Assembly (NCBI GenBank): GCA_963808435.1
Contig: CAWEFW010000049.1
Location: 3,707-67,706 of the forward strand
Direction: 5' to 3'
Source: an uncultured Actinomycetota bacterium
GTDB taxonomy: Bacteria > Actinomycetota > Actinomycetes > Propionibacteriales > Propionibacteriaceae
DNA length: 64,000 bases
In this document: in pieces, positions 1-9,985 of the stretch
Layout of the letters: every line of letters starts with the position of its first letter
Position numbering within the stretch: the stretch's first letter is position 1
Notes under the pieces: generated by a model
Database searches by the model: none
Told to the model about the DNA's origin: nothing
Seen by the model: only the letters and a program-made list of their open reading frames with translations
Program-made: the position numbers and the translations under genes

Positions 1-23
1 TCCTACCCTTCCTAGGAGCTGGC

Positions 24-269
24 ATGTTCTTCCTCTTCCTGCTGCTGACCGCAGCCGCGCTGTTCTTCCTGTTCCGCACCGGCCGGATCGGTCCACCGCC
101 GTGGGCCGGCCGAGGCTCGCCCGAGGCGGAGGCCAAGAAGGTCCTGGCCGAACGCTTCGCCCGCGGCGACATCACCACCGATGAGTTCATGGAGAAGGCC
201 AGCGTCCTGAACTGGACGCCCGGCGCCGATCCGTACGAGAACTGGCGGCCGGGCAAGAAGGCCACGTAG
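24..269 (+). CDS. SHOCT-domain membrane protein, probably 5'-truncated by the window edge
   Basis: Hydrophobic N-terminal stretch, then 'AKKVLAERFARGDITTDEF' typical of SHOCT; the frame is open back to the window start. Confidence 0.65.
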   Translation: MFFLFLLLTAAALFFLFRTGRIGPPPWAGRGSPEAEAKKVLAERFARGDITTDEFMEKASVLNWTPGADPYENWRPGKKAT

Positions 270-353
270 CACTCACCGGCCCGCCGCTGGGCCTGTCGAA
301 GGCCACCCTCTGCCTTCGCCAGGCTCAGCCCGTGACTTCGAGCCGGGGTTTGC

Positions 354-366
354 GCAACCGGGTTGC
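354..366. promoter_or_regulatory. Candidate LacI-family operator (GCAACC-G-GGTTGC palindrome)
   Basis: Perfect 6-bp inverted repeat ~60 bp upstream of the LacI regulator; resembles LacI-type operators. Confidence 0.35.
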
Positions 367-424
367 TCGGCTAGCGTCGCTGGCGTTCAGACCAGTTCAG
401 ACCAGCTAGTAGCGAAGGCAGCCC

Positions 425-1456
425 ATGGCTCGGATCACCGTCAAGACGCTGGCGGCGGCCATCGGAGTGTCGCCGTCGACGGTGTCGAACGCCTACAACC
501 GGCCCGACCAGCTGTCTGCGGTGCTGCGCCAGCGCATCCTGGCCAAGGCCGACGAGCTGGGGTACACCGGGCCCGACGCGGCCGGGCGAACCCTGCGGGT
601 CGGCCGGGCCGATGCGGTCGGGGTGCTGCTCTCGGAGCGGCTCTCGTACGCCTTCTCCGACCCCTACGTCATCGAACTGCTGACCGGGTTGAGCGAGGTC
701 GCCGAGCGGCGGGCAATCAGCATCCTGCTGATGCCGTTGGCCGCCGACAGCGGAGAGCACGACCTGCGGTCGGTCCGTCAGGCCAGCATCGACGCGATGG
801 CGCTGCTGTCGATGTCGGCCGAGCACCCGGCCGCCCAGCTGGCCCGGTCCCGGGGCATCCGACTGGTCACGACCGACCCCGACCAGGATGCCGAGTCGAG
901 CTGGGTGGCCATCGACGACGCCGAGGCCGGTCGCCTGGTCGGCCGCCACCTGGCCGGCCTCGGCCACCGCGACGTCACGGTGATGGTGGAGACCAGCCGG
1001 CCGGCGGGCAGCCCGGCCCGGCGGCTCAGCATCCAGCAGGTGACCGCGTACGACTACTCCGCACGGCTGCGCGGGCTGGCCGAGACCATCCCCGGCCGGC
1101 TCAACCTGCTCTCCGGTGGCCACAACTCGTACGCCTCCGGCGCGAGCGCCGCCAGTCACCTGGTCGAGTCCGGGCCGCTGCCCACCGCGGTCGTCGGGCT
1201 GAGTGACGTCATCGCCCTCGGCGCCCTCTCGGTCTTCACCGAGCGCGGACTGTCCGTACCCGGCGACCTGTCGGTGTGCGGCTTCGACGACATCGCCGCG
1301 GCTCGGGAGGCGAACCTGACCACGGTGCAGCAGTCGATCCGGCGACGAGGGCAGCTGATCGGTCGGCTGCTGATCGACCCGAACGCCTCGCCCCGCCAGT
1401 TGATGCTGCCCATCCGGCTGATCGCGCGCTCGAGCTCGGGACGGGCCCGTCGCTGA
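425..1456 (+). CDS. LacI-family transcriptional regulator
   Basis: N-terminal HTH 'ITVKTLAAAIGVSPSTVSNAYN' and C-terminal 'VPGDLSVCGFDD...LTTVQQ'. Confidence 0.95.
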   Translation: MARITVKTLAAAIGVSPSTVSNAYNRPDQLSAVLRQRILAKADELGYTGPDAAGRTLRVGRADAVGVLLSERLSYAFSDPYVIELLTGLSEVAERRAISILLMPLAADSGEHDLRSVRQASIDAMALLSMSAEHPAAQLARSRGIRLVTTDPDQDAESSWVAIDDAEAGRLVGRHLAGLGHRDVTVMVETSRPAGSPARRLSIQQVTAYDYSARLRGLAETIPGRLNLLSGGHNSYASGASAASHLVESGPLPTAVVGLSDVIALGALSVFTERGLSVPGDLSVCGFDDIAAAREANLTTVQQSIRRRGQLIGRLLIDPNASPRQLMLPIRLIARSSSGRARR

Positions 1457-1462
1457 CGAGCC

Positions 1463-2092
1463 TCAGTCCGGTTCCTCGTCCGCCGGCCACGGAGCCTCGT
1501 ACGCCACGGCGGCCTCGAGGGTGAGCTCGCCGACTCGGCTGAGCAGCCGCTCCACGGTGGTGGCCTGGAGCAGCTCGACCTGGTCCAGCGGGCCGAGCGG
1601 AGCGATGGCCGCCAGCTGCCAGGCCGCGGCCACCGGGTCGTCGGACAGCTCGATGTCGGCCGGCCAGATGTTCTCTGCGAACTCACTGGCAATCGCCAGC
1701 GTCCGCCGCACCAGCCGCTCGGTGCGCTCCCGCAGCTCGGCCAGACCAGGGTCCCAGACCAGGTCGGGCAGCTCGCTGATCTCGGCCCACGGGTGTGGTG
1801 CGTCCGCCAGCCACCGCTCGACGGCGAACCGCCGCCCGCCCTGCGCCACCAGCCCGACGAACCCCTCCTGGGCACCCAGCTGGGTGATCTCGGCGAGCGT
1901 GCCTACCCCGAACCGCTCCTCCCCGCCGCCCACGTCGCGGCCCCGCTCGATCAAGACCACCCCGAACTGCGTGGAGTCGGTCTTGAGCAGCTCCGCCAAC
2001 ATCACCAGGTAGCGCTCCTCGAACACCCGCAGTCGCAGCGGCATGTAGGGGAACAGCACCGAGCCGAGCGGGAACATCGGCAGGGTGGGCAC
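1463..2092 (-). CDS. LON peptidase substrate-binding (N-terminal) domain protein
   Basis: 'LPMFPLGSVLFPYMPLRLRVFEERY...FGVVLIERG' motif; start moved to GTG 2092 (ATG 2077 is an alternative). Confidence 0.85.
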   Translation of the reverse strand: MPTLPMFPLGSVLFPYMPLRLRVFEERYLVMLAELLKTDSTQFGVVLIERGRDVGGGEERFGVGTLAEITQLGAQEGFVGLVAQGGRRFAVERWLADAPHPWAEISELPDLVWDPGLAELRERTERLVRRTLAIASEFAENIWPADIELSDDPVAAAWQLAAIAPLGPLDQVELLQATTVERLLSRVGELTLEAAVAYEAPWPADEEPD

Positions 2093-2166
2093 ACACCAAC
2101 CTTCCACTGCCGTCCCTCGGCGCGGGATACCGGGCACCGCCTGGTCGCTCCCCTACGCTGCGAAGC

Positions 2167-3012
2167 GTGACGGCCGACCGCTACGCGCAGGACGTTCTGA
2201 CTCCGGGCTGGCAGCGGACGGCCCGACCTTCCAGCACCGAGCACGTGCTGGCGACCGGACAGGTGCTCGAGGACGCGACCACCGGCTTCTGCGGCGCGGT
2301 GCTGCGCTGGGAACGGGGCCTGGTCGTCCTCGAGGACCGACACGGGAAGCGCCGCAGCTTCCCTCTCGGCGCCGGGATGCTGTACGAGGGACGCCCGGTC
2401 GTGTTGAAGGCTCCGGTGGCGGCGCGTGCCGCAGCGCCCACCCGAACGGCGTCGGGCTCGGTCCGAGGTTCCGCAGAGCGGGCCAAGACCGCCCTGGCCA
2501 GCCGGATCTACGTCGAGGGCCGGCATGACGCCGAGCTGATCGAGAAGATCTGGGGCGATGACCTGCGGCACGTGGGTGTGGTGGTCGAGTACCTGGGCGG
2601 CATCGACGACCTGCCGGCCATCGTCTCCGACTTCGCCCCCACCCGTGGTCGCCGGCTCGGCGTGCTGGTGGATCACCTGGTCCCCGGGAGCAAGGAGTCG
2701 CGGATCGCCGACGAGGTGCGGCGGCCGTCCGGCGGGGAGTACGTGTCGGTGCTCGGTCACCCGTACATCGACATCTGGCAAGCCGTGAAGCCGGGCCGGC
2801 TGGGCCTGGCCGCCTGGCCGCAGGTTCCCCGCGGCACCGACTGGAAGCACGGCATCTGTGCCGCGCTGGGCTGGCCGCATCGCGACCAGGCCGACATCGC
2901 CGCCGCCTGGCAGGTGATCCTGGGCCGGGTGGAGTCCTGGGACGACCTGGAGCGGCCGCTACTGACGACCGTTGAGCAGCTGTTCGACTTCGTCACCCAG
3001 GACCACGTCTGA
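2167..3012 (+). CDS. DUF3097-family protein (TOPRIM-like)
   Basis: 'ASRIYVEGRHDAELIEKIWGDDLR..GVVVEYLGGIDDL' matches the actinobacterial DUF3097 family, usually found near hemW. Confidence 0.8.
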   Translation: MTADRYAQDVLTPGWQRTARPSSTEHVLATGQVLEDATTGFCGAVLRWERGLVVLEDRHGKRRSFPLGAGMLYEGRPVVLKAPVAARAAAPTRTASGSVRGSAERAKTALASRIYVEGRHDAELIEKIWGDDLRHVGVVVEYLGGIDDLPAIVSDFAPTRGRRLGVLVDHLVPGSKESRIADEVRRPSGGEYVSVLGHPYIDIWQAVKPGRLGLAAWPQVPRGTDWKHGICAALGWPHRDQADIAAAWQVILGRVESWDDLERPLLTTVEQLFDFVTQDHV

Positions 3013-3013
3013 G

Positions 3014-4225
3014 CTAATCCAGCAGATTGCGGACCACCCCGTCGGCCAGCAACCGACCTGCCAACGTCAGCGTCAGCCGCTCCTCGGCGACCTCGGCCAG
3101 CCCCCGGGCAACCAGATCGGGCACCCGCCTGGACTCGGTCGCGGTCAGCACGTCCAGCGGCAGACCCTCGGCCAGCCGCAGCTCGAGCAGCACCCTTTCG
3201 GTCCGCCGCTCCTCGGCGGTCAGCACCTCGCGGGCGTACGCCGGCGAGCGGTGCGCGGCGAGCCGTTCGGCGTACGCGCTGGGGTGCTTGACGTTCCACC
3301 AGCGCACCCCGCCGACATGGCTGTGTGCGCCCGGCCCGACCCCCCACCAGTGGTCCCCGCGCCAGTAGGCCAGGTTGTGCCGGCAGCGGGCCGTCGGCCG
3401 GAGGGCCCAGTTGCTCACCTCGTACGCGGTGTGCCCGGCGGCGGTCAGCCGCGCCTCGGCCGCCAGATACTTGTCGGCCAGGTCGTCCTCGTCGGGCATC
3501 GGCAGCTCGCCCCGACGGACGCGGGCGGCCAGCCGGGTGCCGGGTTCGACGATCAGGGCGTACGCGCTCACATGGTCCGGTGCGGCGGCCAGCGCGGCGG
3601 CCAGACTGGTCTCCCAGTCGGCAGCGCTCTCCCCCGGCGTGCCGTAGATCAGGTCCAGGCTGACCTGGTCGAACCCGGCCGCCCGTGCGTCGGCCACCGA
3701 CTCGACGGCTCGGCCCGGCGAGTGCACCCGGTCCAGGGTGGCCAGGACGTGTGGGACCGCCGACTGCATGCCGAAGGAGATGCGGGTGAAGCCGGCCCCG
3801 CGGAGATGGGCCAGGTCGCTCGCGGTGACCGACTCGGGGTTGGACTCGGTGGTGACCTCCGCATCGCTGGTCAGCCCGAACCGCTCCCGCACCGCCGCGA
3901 CCAGTCGCCCCAGGTCTGCAGGCGGCAGCAGGGTCGGTGTCCCGCCACCGACGAAGACCGTCGAGACCTCATGAGCGTCGGGCCCCAGCACCCGGACGGC
4001 GAGGTCGAGCTCGGTGACCGCGGTGTCCACGTAGCTGGCGCGGCTGGCTCCCGGGCCCAGCTCCGCGGCGGTGTAGGTGTTGAAGTCGCAGTAGCCGCAG
4101 CGGGTGGTGCAGAACGGCACGTGCAGGTAGACGCTCAGCGATCGCTGGCCGACCTCAGCCCGGGCGGCCTCCGGCAGCGCGCCGTCGGGCGCCGGGGACT
4201 CGCCCTCGGGCAGGGTGGACGGCAC
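3014..4225 (-). CDS. hemW: Radical SAM heme chaperone HemW
   Basis: 'YLHVPFCTTRCGYCDFNTY' CxxxCxxC motif, 'GGGTPT', 'YEVSNWA...HNLAYW'. Confidence 0.93.
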   Translation of the reverse strand: MPSTLPEGESPAPDGALPEAARAEVGQRSLSVYLHVPFCTTRCGYCDFNTYTAAELGPGASRASYVDTAVTELDLAVRVLGPDAHEVSTVFVGGGTPTLLPPADLGRLVAAVRERFGLTSDAEVTTESNPESVTASDLAHLRGAGFTRISFGMQSAVPHVLATLDRVHSPGRAVESVADARAAGFDQVSLDLIYGTPGESAADWETSLAAALAAAPDHVSAYALIVEPGTRLAARVRRGELPMPDEDDLADKYLAAEARLTAAGHTAYEVSNWALRPTARCRHNLAYWRGDHWWGVGPGAHSHVGGVRWWNVKHPSAYAERLAAHRSPAYAREVLTAEERRTERVLLELRLAEGLPLDVLTATESRRVPDLVARGLAEVAEERLTLTLAGRLLADGVVRNLLD

Positions 4226-4266
4226 GCCGTGAGCCTAGGCCCGCAGGGAAGAGGACAGCAGTGTCC

Positions 4267-5169
4267 TCAGGGCAGCAGGACGAGCTTGCCGCGGAGGTGA
4301 CCCCCCTCGCTGATCCGGTGCGCCTCGGCCGCCCGGTCCAGCGGGAAGGTCTGCACCTTGACCACGAGCTTGTTCTGTTCCAGCAGCTCGGCCGCCTCGG
4401 CCAGCGCCTTCATCGGCTGGGATTCCTCGCCCCCACCGGTCACCCGGGCCCCCGCACCGGCCGCGCCGAAGTTGGCGATCGAGACGACCTGGCTGGGCTC
4501 CTCGACCAGACCGACCAGCTCATCGATCGGCGTCTTGCCGACCGCGTCCAGGACCGCGTCGACCGGGCCGCCAGTCACCGCGCGTACCCGGTCCTCCACC
4601 CCGGGCCCGTACAGCACAGGGATGGCGCCGATCTCGCGCAGGTAGTCCTGGTTGTCCGGTCCGGCGGAGGCGATTACCCGCACACCGCGGGCGATCGCGA
4701 ACTGGCTCGCCACCGCACCGACGCCTCCGGACCCACCGTCGATGAACAGGGTGTCGCCGGCCTTGACGTCGAGCAGCCGCAGGACCCGCTCGCTCGTCTC
4801 GCCGCTCACGCCGACCGCCGCGGCGACGGTCCAGTCGACCTGTGGCGGCTTGCGGGCCCAGGCGTCCAGCACGGCGTACTCCGCCTGGGTGTTATTGCCG
4901 TTACCGAGAACCTCGTCACCCACCGCCACCCCGGTGACGCCCTCGCCGACTTCGTCGACCGTGCCGGATGCGTCGAAGCCGAGGTAGGCCGGGGCCTCCA
5001 GCGGCTTGCCGCCGGCCATCATCCCGGACCGCAGCTTCCAGTCGAACGCGTTCACGCTCGCGGCCTTGACGGCGATCCGGATCTGACCGGGCCCGGCGTG
5101 CGGTTCGGGGGCCTCGGCCACCTCCAGCACCTCGGGGCCGCCATAGGACCTGTACTGCAATGCGCGCAT
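4267..5169 (-). CDS. NADP-dependent oxidoreductase (MDR/quinone-oxidoreductase-like)
   Basis: 'YGGPEVLEV..PEPHAGPGQIRIAVKAASVN' and 'GGSGGVG'; GAGGAGG RBS upstream. Confidence 0.9.
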   Translation of the reverse strand: MRALQYRSYGGPEVLEVAEAPEPHAGPGQIRIAVKAASVNAFDWKLRSGMMAGGKPLEAPAYLGFDASGTVDEVGEGVTGVAVGDEVLGNGNNTQAEYAVLDAWARKPPQVDWTVAAAVGVSGETSERVLRLLDVKAGDTLFIDGGSGGVGAVASQFAIARGVRVIASAGPDNQDYLREIGAIPVLYGPGVEDRVRAVTGGPVDAVLDAVGKTPIDELVGLVEEPSQVVSIANFGAAGAGARVTGGGEESQPMKALAEAAELLEQNKLVVKVQTFPLDRAAEAHRISEGGHLRGKLVLLP

Positions 5170-5187
5170 CGGACTCCTCCTCAGATC

Positions 5188-7032
5188 TCAGCTGACCTTG
5201 GCCGGCTGGCTGGTCGACAGGGCCGCCACGAACGCCTCCTGCGGCACCTCGACCCGACCGACCATCTTCATCCGCTTCTTGCCTTCCTTCTGCTTCTCCA
5301 GCAGCTTGCGCTTACGCGTGATGTCACCGCCGTAGCACTTGGCCAGCACATCCTTGCGCATCGCCCGGATGGTCTCCCGGGCGATCACCCGAGCCCCGAT
5401 GGCGGCCTGGATCGGCACCTCGAACTGCTGCCGCGGGATCAGCTCCTTGAGCTTGGCCGTCATCTGCACCCCGTACGCGTACGCCTTGTCCTTGTGGACG
5501 ATCGCGGAGAAGGCGTCGACCGGCTCACCGTGCAGCAGAATGTCCACCTTGACCAAGTCGCTGGGCTCCTCGCCGTGGGGCTCGTAGTCCAGGCTGGCGT
5601 AGCCCTTGGTCCGGGACTTGAGGGCGTCGAAGAAGTCGAACACGATCTCGGCCAGCGGCAGCGTGTAGCGGATCTCCACCCGGTCGGCCGACAGGTAGTC
5701 CATCCCGTGCTGGACGCCGCGACGGCTCTGGCACAGCTCGAGGATGGTTCCGATGTAGTCGGTGGGGCTGAGGATGGTCGCCCGCACCACCGGCTCGTAG
5801 ACCGAGGCGATCTTGCCGCTGGTCGGGTACTCCGACGGGTTGGTGACGATCACCTCCTCCCCGCTCTCCAGTTCAACGCGGTAGACCACGTTGGGGGCGG
5901 TCGAGATCAGGTCGAGGTTGAACTCCCGTTCCAGCCGCTCCCGAACGATCTCCATGTGCAACAGGCCCAGGAAGCCGATCCGGAAGCCGAACCCCAGCGC
6001 GCCGGAGGTCTCCGGCTCGTACGACAGCGCCGCGTCGTTGAGCTGCAGCTTGTCGAGGGCCTCGCGCAGCTCGGGGTAGTCGGCGCCGTCGATCGGGTAA
6101 AGCCCGGCGTACACCATCGGGTTGGGGTGTCGGTAGCCGCCGAGGCTGGTCTGCGCCGGGCGGGCCAGCGAGGTGACGGTGTCGCCGACCCGCGACTGGC
6201 GCACCTCCTTCACGCCGGTGATCAGGTAGCCGACCTCGCCCACGCCCAGGGCGTCGGTGCGCATCGGCTCGGGCGAGATGACCCCGACCTCGAGGGTCTC
6301 GTGTGCCGCCTTCGTCGACATCATCAACACCCGCTCACGGTGGGACAGCCGGCCGTCGACCACCCGGACGTACGTGACCACGCCACGGTAGGTGTCGTAG
6401 ACCGAGTCGAAGATCAGCGCCCGAGCCGGAGCGTCGGCGTCCCCGACGGGCGCCGGGATCTGTCGGACGATCTCGTCCAGCAGCTCGGCCACCCCCTCGC
6501 CGGTCTTCGCCGACACCCGGAGCACGTCGGACGGGTCGCCGCCGATGATCCCGGCCAGCTCGGCGGCGTACTTCTCCGGCTGGGCGCCCGGCAGGTCGAT
6601 CTTGTTCAGCACCGGGATGATGAGCAGGTTTGCGTCCAGGGCGAGGTAGAGGTTGGCCAGGGTCTGGGCCTCGATCCCCTGGGCCGCGTCCACCAGCAGC
6701 ACTGCACCCTCGCAGGCGGCCAACGAGCGGGACACCTCGTAGGTGAAGTCCACGTGTCCGGGGGTGTCGATCATGTTCAGCACGTACGCCGTGTCGGCGA
6801 CGGCCCAGGGCATCCGGACAGCCTGCGACTTGATGGTGATGCCGCGCTCGCGCTCGATGTCCATCCGGTCCAGGTACTGGGCGCGCATCGCCCGCCCCTC
6901 GACCACCCCGGTCAGCTGCAGCATCCGGTCGGCCAGCGTCGACTTGCCGTGGTCGATGTGGGCGATGATGCAGAAGTTGCGCAGGATCGCCGGGTCGGTA
7001 CGGCCGGCCGGCGGTACGGACGGGGCAGTCAT
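5188..7032 (-). CDS. lepA: Translation elongation factor 4 (LepA)
   Basis: '[19 protein letters not shown]', 'DTPGHVDF', C-terminal '[25 protein letters not shown]'; start set at ATG 7032. Confidence 0.98.
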   Translation of the reverse strand: MTAPSVPPAGRTDPAILRNFCIIAHIDHGKSTLADRMLQLTGVVEGRAMRAQYLDRMDIERERGITIKSQAVRMPWAVADTAYVLNMIDTPGHVDFTYEVSRSLAACEGAVLLVDAAQGIEAQTLANLYLALDANLLIIPVLNKIDLPGAQPEKYAAELAGIIGGDPSDVLRVSAKTGEGVAELLDEIVRQIPAPVGDADAPARALIFDSVYDTYRGVVTYVRVVDGRLSHRERVLMMSTKAAHETLEVGVISPEPMRTDALGVGEVGYLITGVKEVRQSRVGDTVTSLARPAQTSLGGYRHPNPMVYAGLYPIDGADYPELREALDKLQLNDAALSYEPETSGALGFGFRIGFLGLLHMEIVRERLEREFNLDLISTAPNVVYRVELESGEEVIVTNPSEYPTSGKIASVYEPVVRATILSPTDYIGTILELCQSRRGVQHGMDYLSADRVEIRYTLPLAEIVFDFFDALKSRTKGYASLDYEPHGEEPSDLVKVDILLHGEPVDAFSAIVHKDKAYAYGVQMTAKLKELIPRQQFEVPIQAAIGARVIARETIRAMRKDVLAKCYGGDITRKRKLLEKQKEGKKRMKMVGRVEVPQEAFVAALSTSQPAKVS

Positions 7033-7244
7033 GAAGTTGGTCCAGTTCGATTGAGGGCCAGGAGCGCAGACAAGCGAGTTTACTGGGCAGGCTCTTTCGT
7101 CCACCGAACGCGAGGCGTGAGGCCAGACTTGAGCCACGTGTGCGCTCGCTGGTACCGTGGGCGGTCGCGTCTACGGGCCGGGGACAAACCCGATCCGGAC
7201 GTGAACCCAAAAGAGCACTACACCCAGCGATCGAGGCGCGCCCA

Positions 7245-7505
7245 GTGGCAAACATCAAGTCCCAGATCAAGCGGATCAAGACCAACGAGACCGCTCGTCA
7301 GCGCAACAAGGCGACGAAGTCGGCTCTGCGTACGTCGATCCGCCGGTTCCGGGAGGCCGCCGACGCCGGCGACACCGCCAAGGCCACCGAGCTGGCCCAG
7401 GTGGCCACCCGTGCGCTGGACAAGGCCGTCTCCAAGGGTGTCATCCACAAGAACCAGGCGGCCAACCGCAAGTCGGCGATCGCCTCCAAAGCTGCGAGTA
7501 TCTGA
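7245..7505 (+). CDS. rpsT: 30S ribosomal protein S20
   Basis: '[26 protein letters not shown]...[13 protein letters not shown]'; GTG start at 7245. Confidence 0.98.
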   Translation: MANIKSQIKRIKTNETARQRNKATKSALRTSIRRFREAADAGDTAKATELAQVATRALDKAVSKGVIHKNQAANRKSAIASKAASI

Positions 7506-7507
7506 TT

Positions 7508-7524
7508 GCGCCGCTCCGCGGCGC
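7508..7524. terminator. GC-rich hairpin right after the rpsT stop (possible terminator)
   Basis: GCGCCGC-TCC-GCGGCGC perfect 7-bp stem; no U-tract. Confidence 0.35.
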
Positions 7525-7684
7525 GAGGTTCGACGCTCCCGATCGCTCGGCCTTCCTCCCGCGCTCGCGAACGAAAAGCGTGTTCGCTCGCTGAGTCGTC
7601 CAGACCGAGCGGTCCGCGGCGAACCTGATCTGGCACACGGGACGGGATCGGTCTCCGCTCCGCGCTTGACTCCTCGCTAGACCG

Positions 7685-8656
7685 CTAGCCGCGGCGGGCG
7701 CGGGAAACCGTCAGCACCATCCGTTCCAGAGCGAACGACGCGTCGTCGGCCGCTCCTTTCACCTCGGCATCGGCGACCGCCACCGCCTGCAGCGCGTGCG
7801 CCAGGCCGGCCGCATCCCAACCCCGGGCCTGGGCCCGCATGCTCTTCAGCTTCCACGGCGGCACCCCCACCTCCCGAGCCAGGTCCGCCTCCCGCAGACC
7901 TCCCCCGGCGGTGACCAGCTTGCCCAACCCGCGTACGCCGGCGGCCAGGGCACTGGTGACCAGGACCGGCGCGACCCCGGTCGACAGGGCCCAGCGCAGC
8001 TGCTCCATGGCCAGCCCGGTCCGGCCGGCCAGGGCCGCGTCGGCCACCGCGAAGCTGGTCACCTCCGAGCGTCCGGCGAAGTAGCGACGGACCTGGTCCG
8101 CGGTCAGCTGGCCGCCCTCGCTGTCCGCCACCAGCTGCCGCACCGCCGCCGCCAGGGCGCGCAGGTCGTGGCCGACGGCGTCGACGAGGACCTGGGCCGC
8201 ACCGGGCTCCATCGGAGTATCCAGCCGTTTGGCCTCGGCCGAGACGAACTGCGGCAGCTCCCACGCCTTGACCGCCGGGCAGTCCACAACCGTCGCGCCC
8301 GCCGCCTTGACCTTGTCCAGCAGCGCCTTGCCCTTAGGCCCCCCGCCGTGCACCAGGACCAGGGCCACGTCCGCCAGCGGCGCCGTGGCCAGCGCGGTGA
8401 TGTCGGGCTGCAGCTCGGTGGGCAGGGAGGCGAGATCGGTGACCACCGCAGCCCGGCGCGCGGAGAACAACGACGGGTTGGTGATCTCGGCCAGCTTTCC
8501 GCGGTCCAGCCGGACCGCCTCGGTCTCGGTGACCTCGGCCTCCGGTGCCTCCTCGCGGATCTGCTGCCGGATCGCCTCCACCGCGCGGTCCGCCAGCAGC
8601 GCCTCGGGTCCGCTGACCAGGGTGACCCGGCCGAACGGGGATCCACGTGCCGCCAT
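7685..8656 (-). CDS. holA: DNA polymerase III subunit delta
   Basis: 'VTLVSGPEALLADRAV...LVHGGGPKGK...GHDLRALAAAVRQL..D...F.VADAAL'; context between comEC and rpsT. Confidence 0.93.
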   Translation of the reverse strand: MAARGSPFGRVTLVSGPEALLADRAVEAIRQQIREEAPEAEVTETEAVRLDRGKLAEITNPSLFSARRAAVVTDLASLPTELQPDITALATAPLADVALVLVHGGGPKGKALLDKVKAAGATVVDCPAVKAWELPQFVSAEAKRLDTPMEPGAAQVLVDAVGHDLRALAAAVRQLVADSEGGQLTADQVRRYFAGRSEVTSFAVADAALAGRTGLAMEQLRWALSTGVAPVLVTSALAAGVRGLGKLVTAGGGLREADLAREVGVPPWKLKSMRAQARGWDAAGLAHALQAVAVADAEVKGAADDASFALERMVLTVSRARRG

Positions 8657-8771
8657 GCCCGCCAGCATGCCAGCGCCCGCCGACACCCGGGGCGGCGCGT
8701 GCGGGGTCGGGATCTGGGGGCGAGAGTTGGTATACATGTGCCAGGGGCAGAAATCCTCGAAAGGGGCGACA

Positions 8772-9971
8772 GTGGCTGGCACACTCCGCACCTGGGTCCA
8801 GGGCTACGTTCGCGCGCACCGTTCCCACCCTGCCCCGCCGAACTTCAAGCCTCCCGTCAAGCTGCGCCGGCTGCGCCGCTCCCCGGAGGCCGACCTCGGC
8901 CAGAGGCTGGCCAGCGAGTCGCAGGTACTGCAGCGGTTGGTCGCGGTCCAGCCCCACACCATCGCCGTGGTGCTGCCCAGCGACCAACCACCGCAGATCA
9001 AGCGGCCTGGCGAGCAGCTGCGGCCCAGCCTGCTTTCGGGACGCAAGCCGAGCTATGTCGTAGTGATCAGCACGGCGGTAACCCGGCTTGACGTGACCAT
9101 GCGTGACCTGGCGACCCTGGACGAGAACATCCCGCTGGTCAAGATCAGGGTCGGAGTGCAGGTGAACGACCATGACGGGTATGCCGCCCTGATGGCCGCC
9201 GCACAGGTCAATCACACGGACCTCGACGGTTACCTCATCGAGCGCGTGAAGCGTGAGCTCGACGAGAAGGTCCGGCGGGCAGTCAAATGGAACGGAGCGA
9301 CCAACCTGAGGAGCAAGGCGCTGGACGAAATCCTGACCGGCGACGCGCTTCCGCACTCCTTCGCCGACGGAATCCTGGTTCAGCGGGGCGTCACCGTGCT
9401 GGAGACCGTCTGGCCAGACCCGGCCTCCGGCTCGCCACATTCCGCGCCGGTCTCCCCCGACGCGGTGTTCCGTCGTCCGGAGAGCGAGTGGCCCACCGAC
9501 TCCCCGCAGTCGGCACTGAACCTGACCAGCGACGCCCATCTGCGTGAAGTCTGGAACCACAACGCCGAGCTCGGGCTCCTCGGCATCGCCGGGGCCCAGG
9601 ACGGTGGCGGTAGTACCACGGTCATCGCCGTGCCGACGCGCGAGCCCGCAACACACGAGGAGACCCAGCTCCGCGAGGCGTTCGGCGCCTATTACCAGAA
9701 CCGGCGGGTTCGGCTGGTGTCCGCGGTCGCCGACACCTATGACGAGATCGTCCGCGCCTGGTTCAAGAAGGTGGACAGCTGGCCCCGCCGCCTGGTCGCG
9801 GTCACCGGGGCGGACACCAGCACGGTGCTGCGGATCCACGTCGACCAGAGCCGGCTGTCCGCCGACGAACGCAGTGCCGGCGTCTGGGTCGGCCAAGAGT
9901 CGGACCGCGAGGCACTGCGGCTGTTACTGCCGTACCGACGGATCGAGTTCGTCTCCGCGGACGCCGGCTGA
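8772..9971 (+). CDS. Hypothetical protein: SPFH/band-7-like region fused to a NusA-KH-like C-terminus
   Basis: Coding-like 3' part of ORF 8229-9971; GTG 8772 follows GAAAGGGG (ATG 8736 is an alternative). Domain calls rest on visual similarity only. Confidence 0.6.
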   Translation: MAGTLRTWVQGYVRAHRSHPAPPNFKPPVKLRRLRRSPEADLGQRLASESQVLQRLVAVQPHTIAVVLPSDQPPQIKRPGEQLRPSLLSGRKPSYVVVISTAVTRLDVTMRDLATLDENIPLVKIRVGVQVNDHDGYAALMAAAQVNHTDLDGYLIERVKRELDEKVRRAVKWNGATNLRSKALDEILTGDALPHSFADGILVQRGVTVLETVWPDPASGSPHSAPVSPDAVFRRPESEWPTDSPQSALNLTSDAHLREVWNHNAELGLLGIAGAQDGGGSTTVIAVPTREPATHEETQLREAFGAYYQNRRVRLVSAVADTYDEIVRAWFKKVDSWPRRLVAVTGADTSTVLRIHVDQSRLSADERSAGVWVGQESDREALRLLLPYRRIEFVSADAG

Positions 9972-9985
9972 GTCGGGAGGCGAAT

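Noticed and set aside
4261-7680. 1139-aa + strand ORF
   Set aside because: Antisense shadow of lepA and the oxidoreductase. Long stop-free antisense frames are expected at this GC content, and it has no recognisable motifs.
8229-8735. 5' extension of ORF 8229-9971
   Set aside because: Overlaps holA on the opposite strand and is Ser/Ala-rich shadow sequence.
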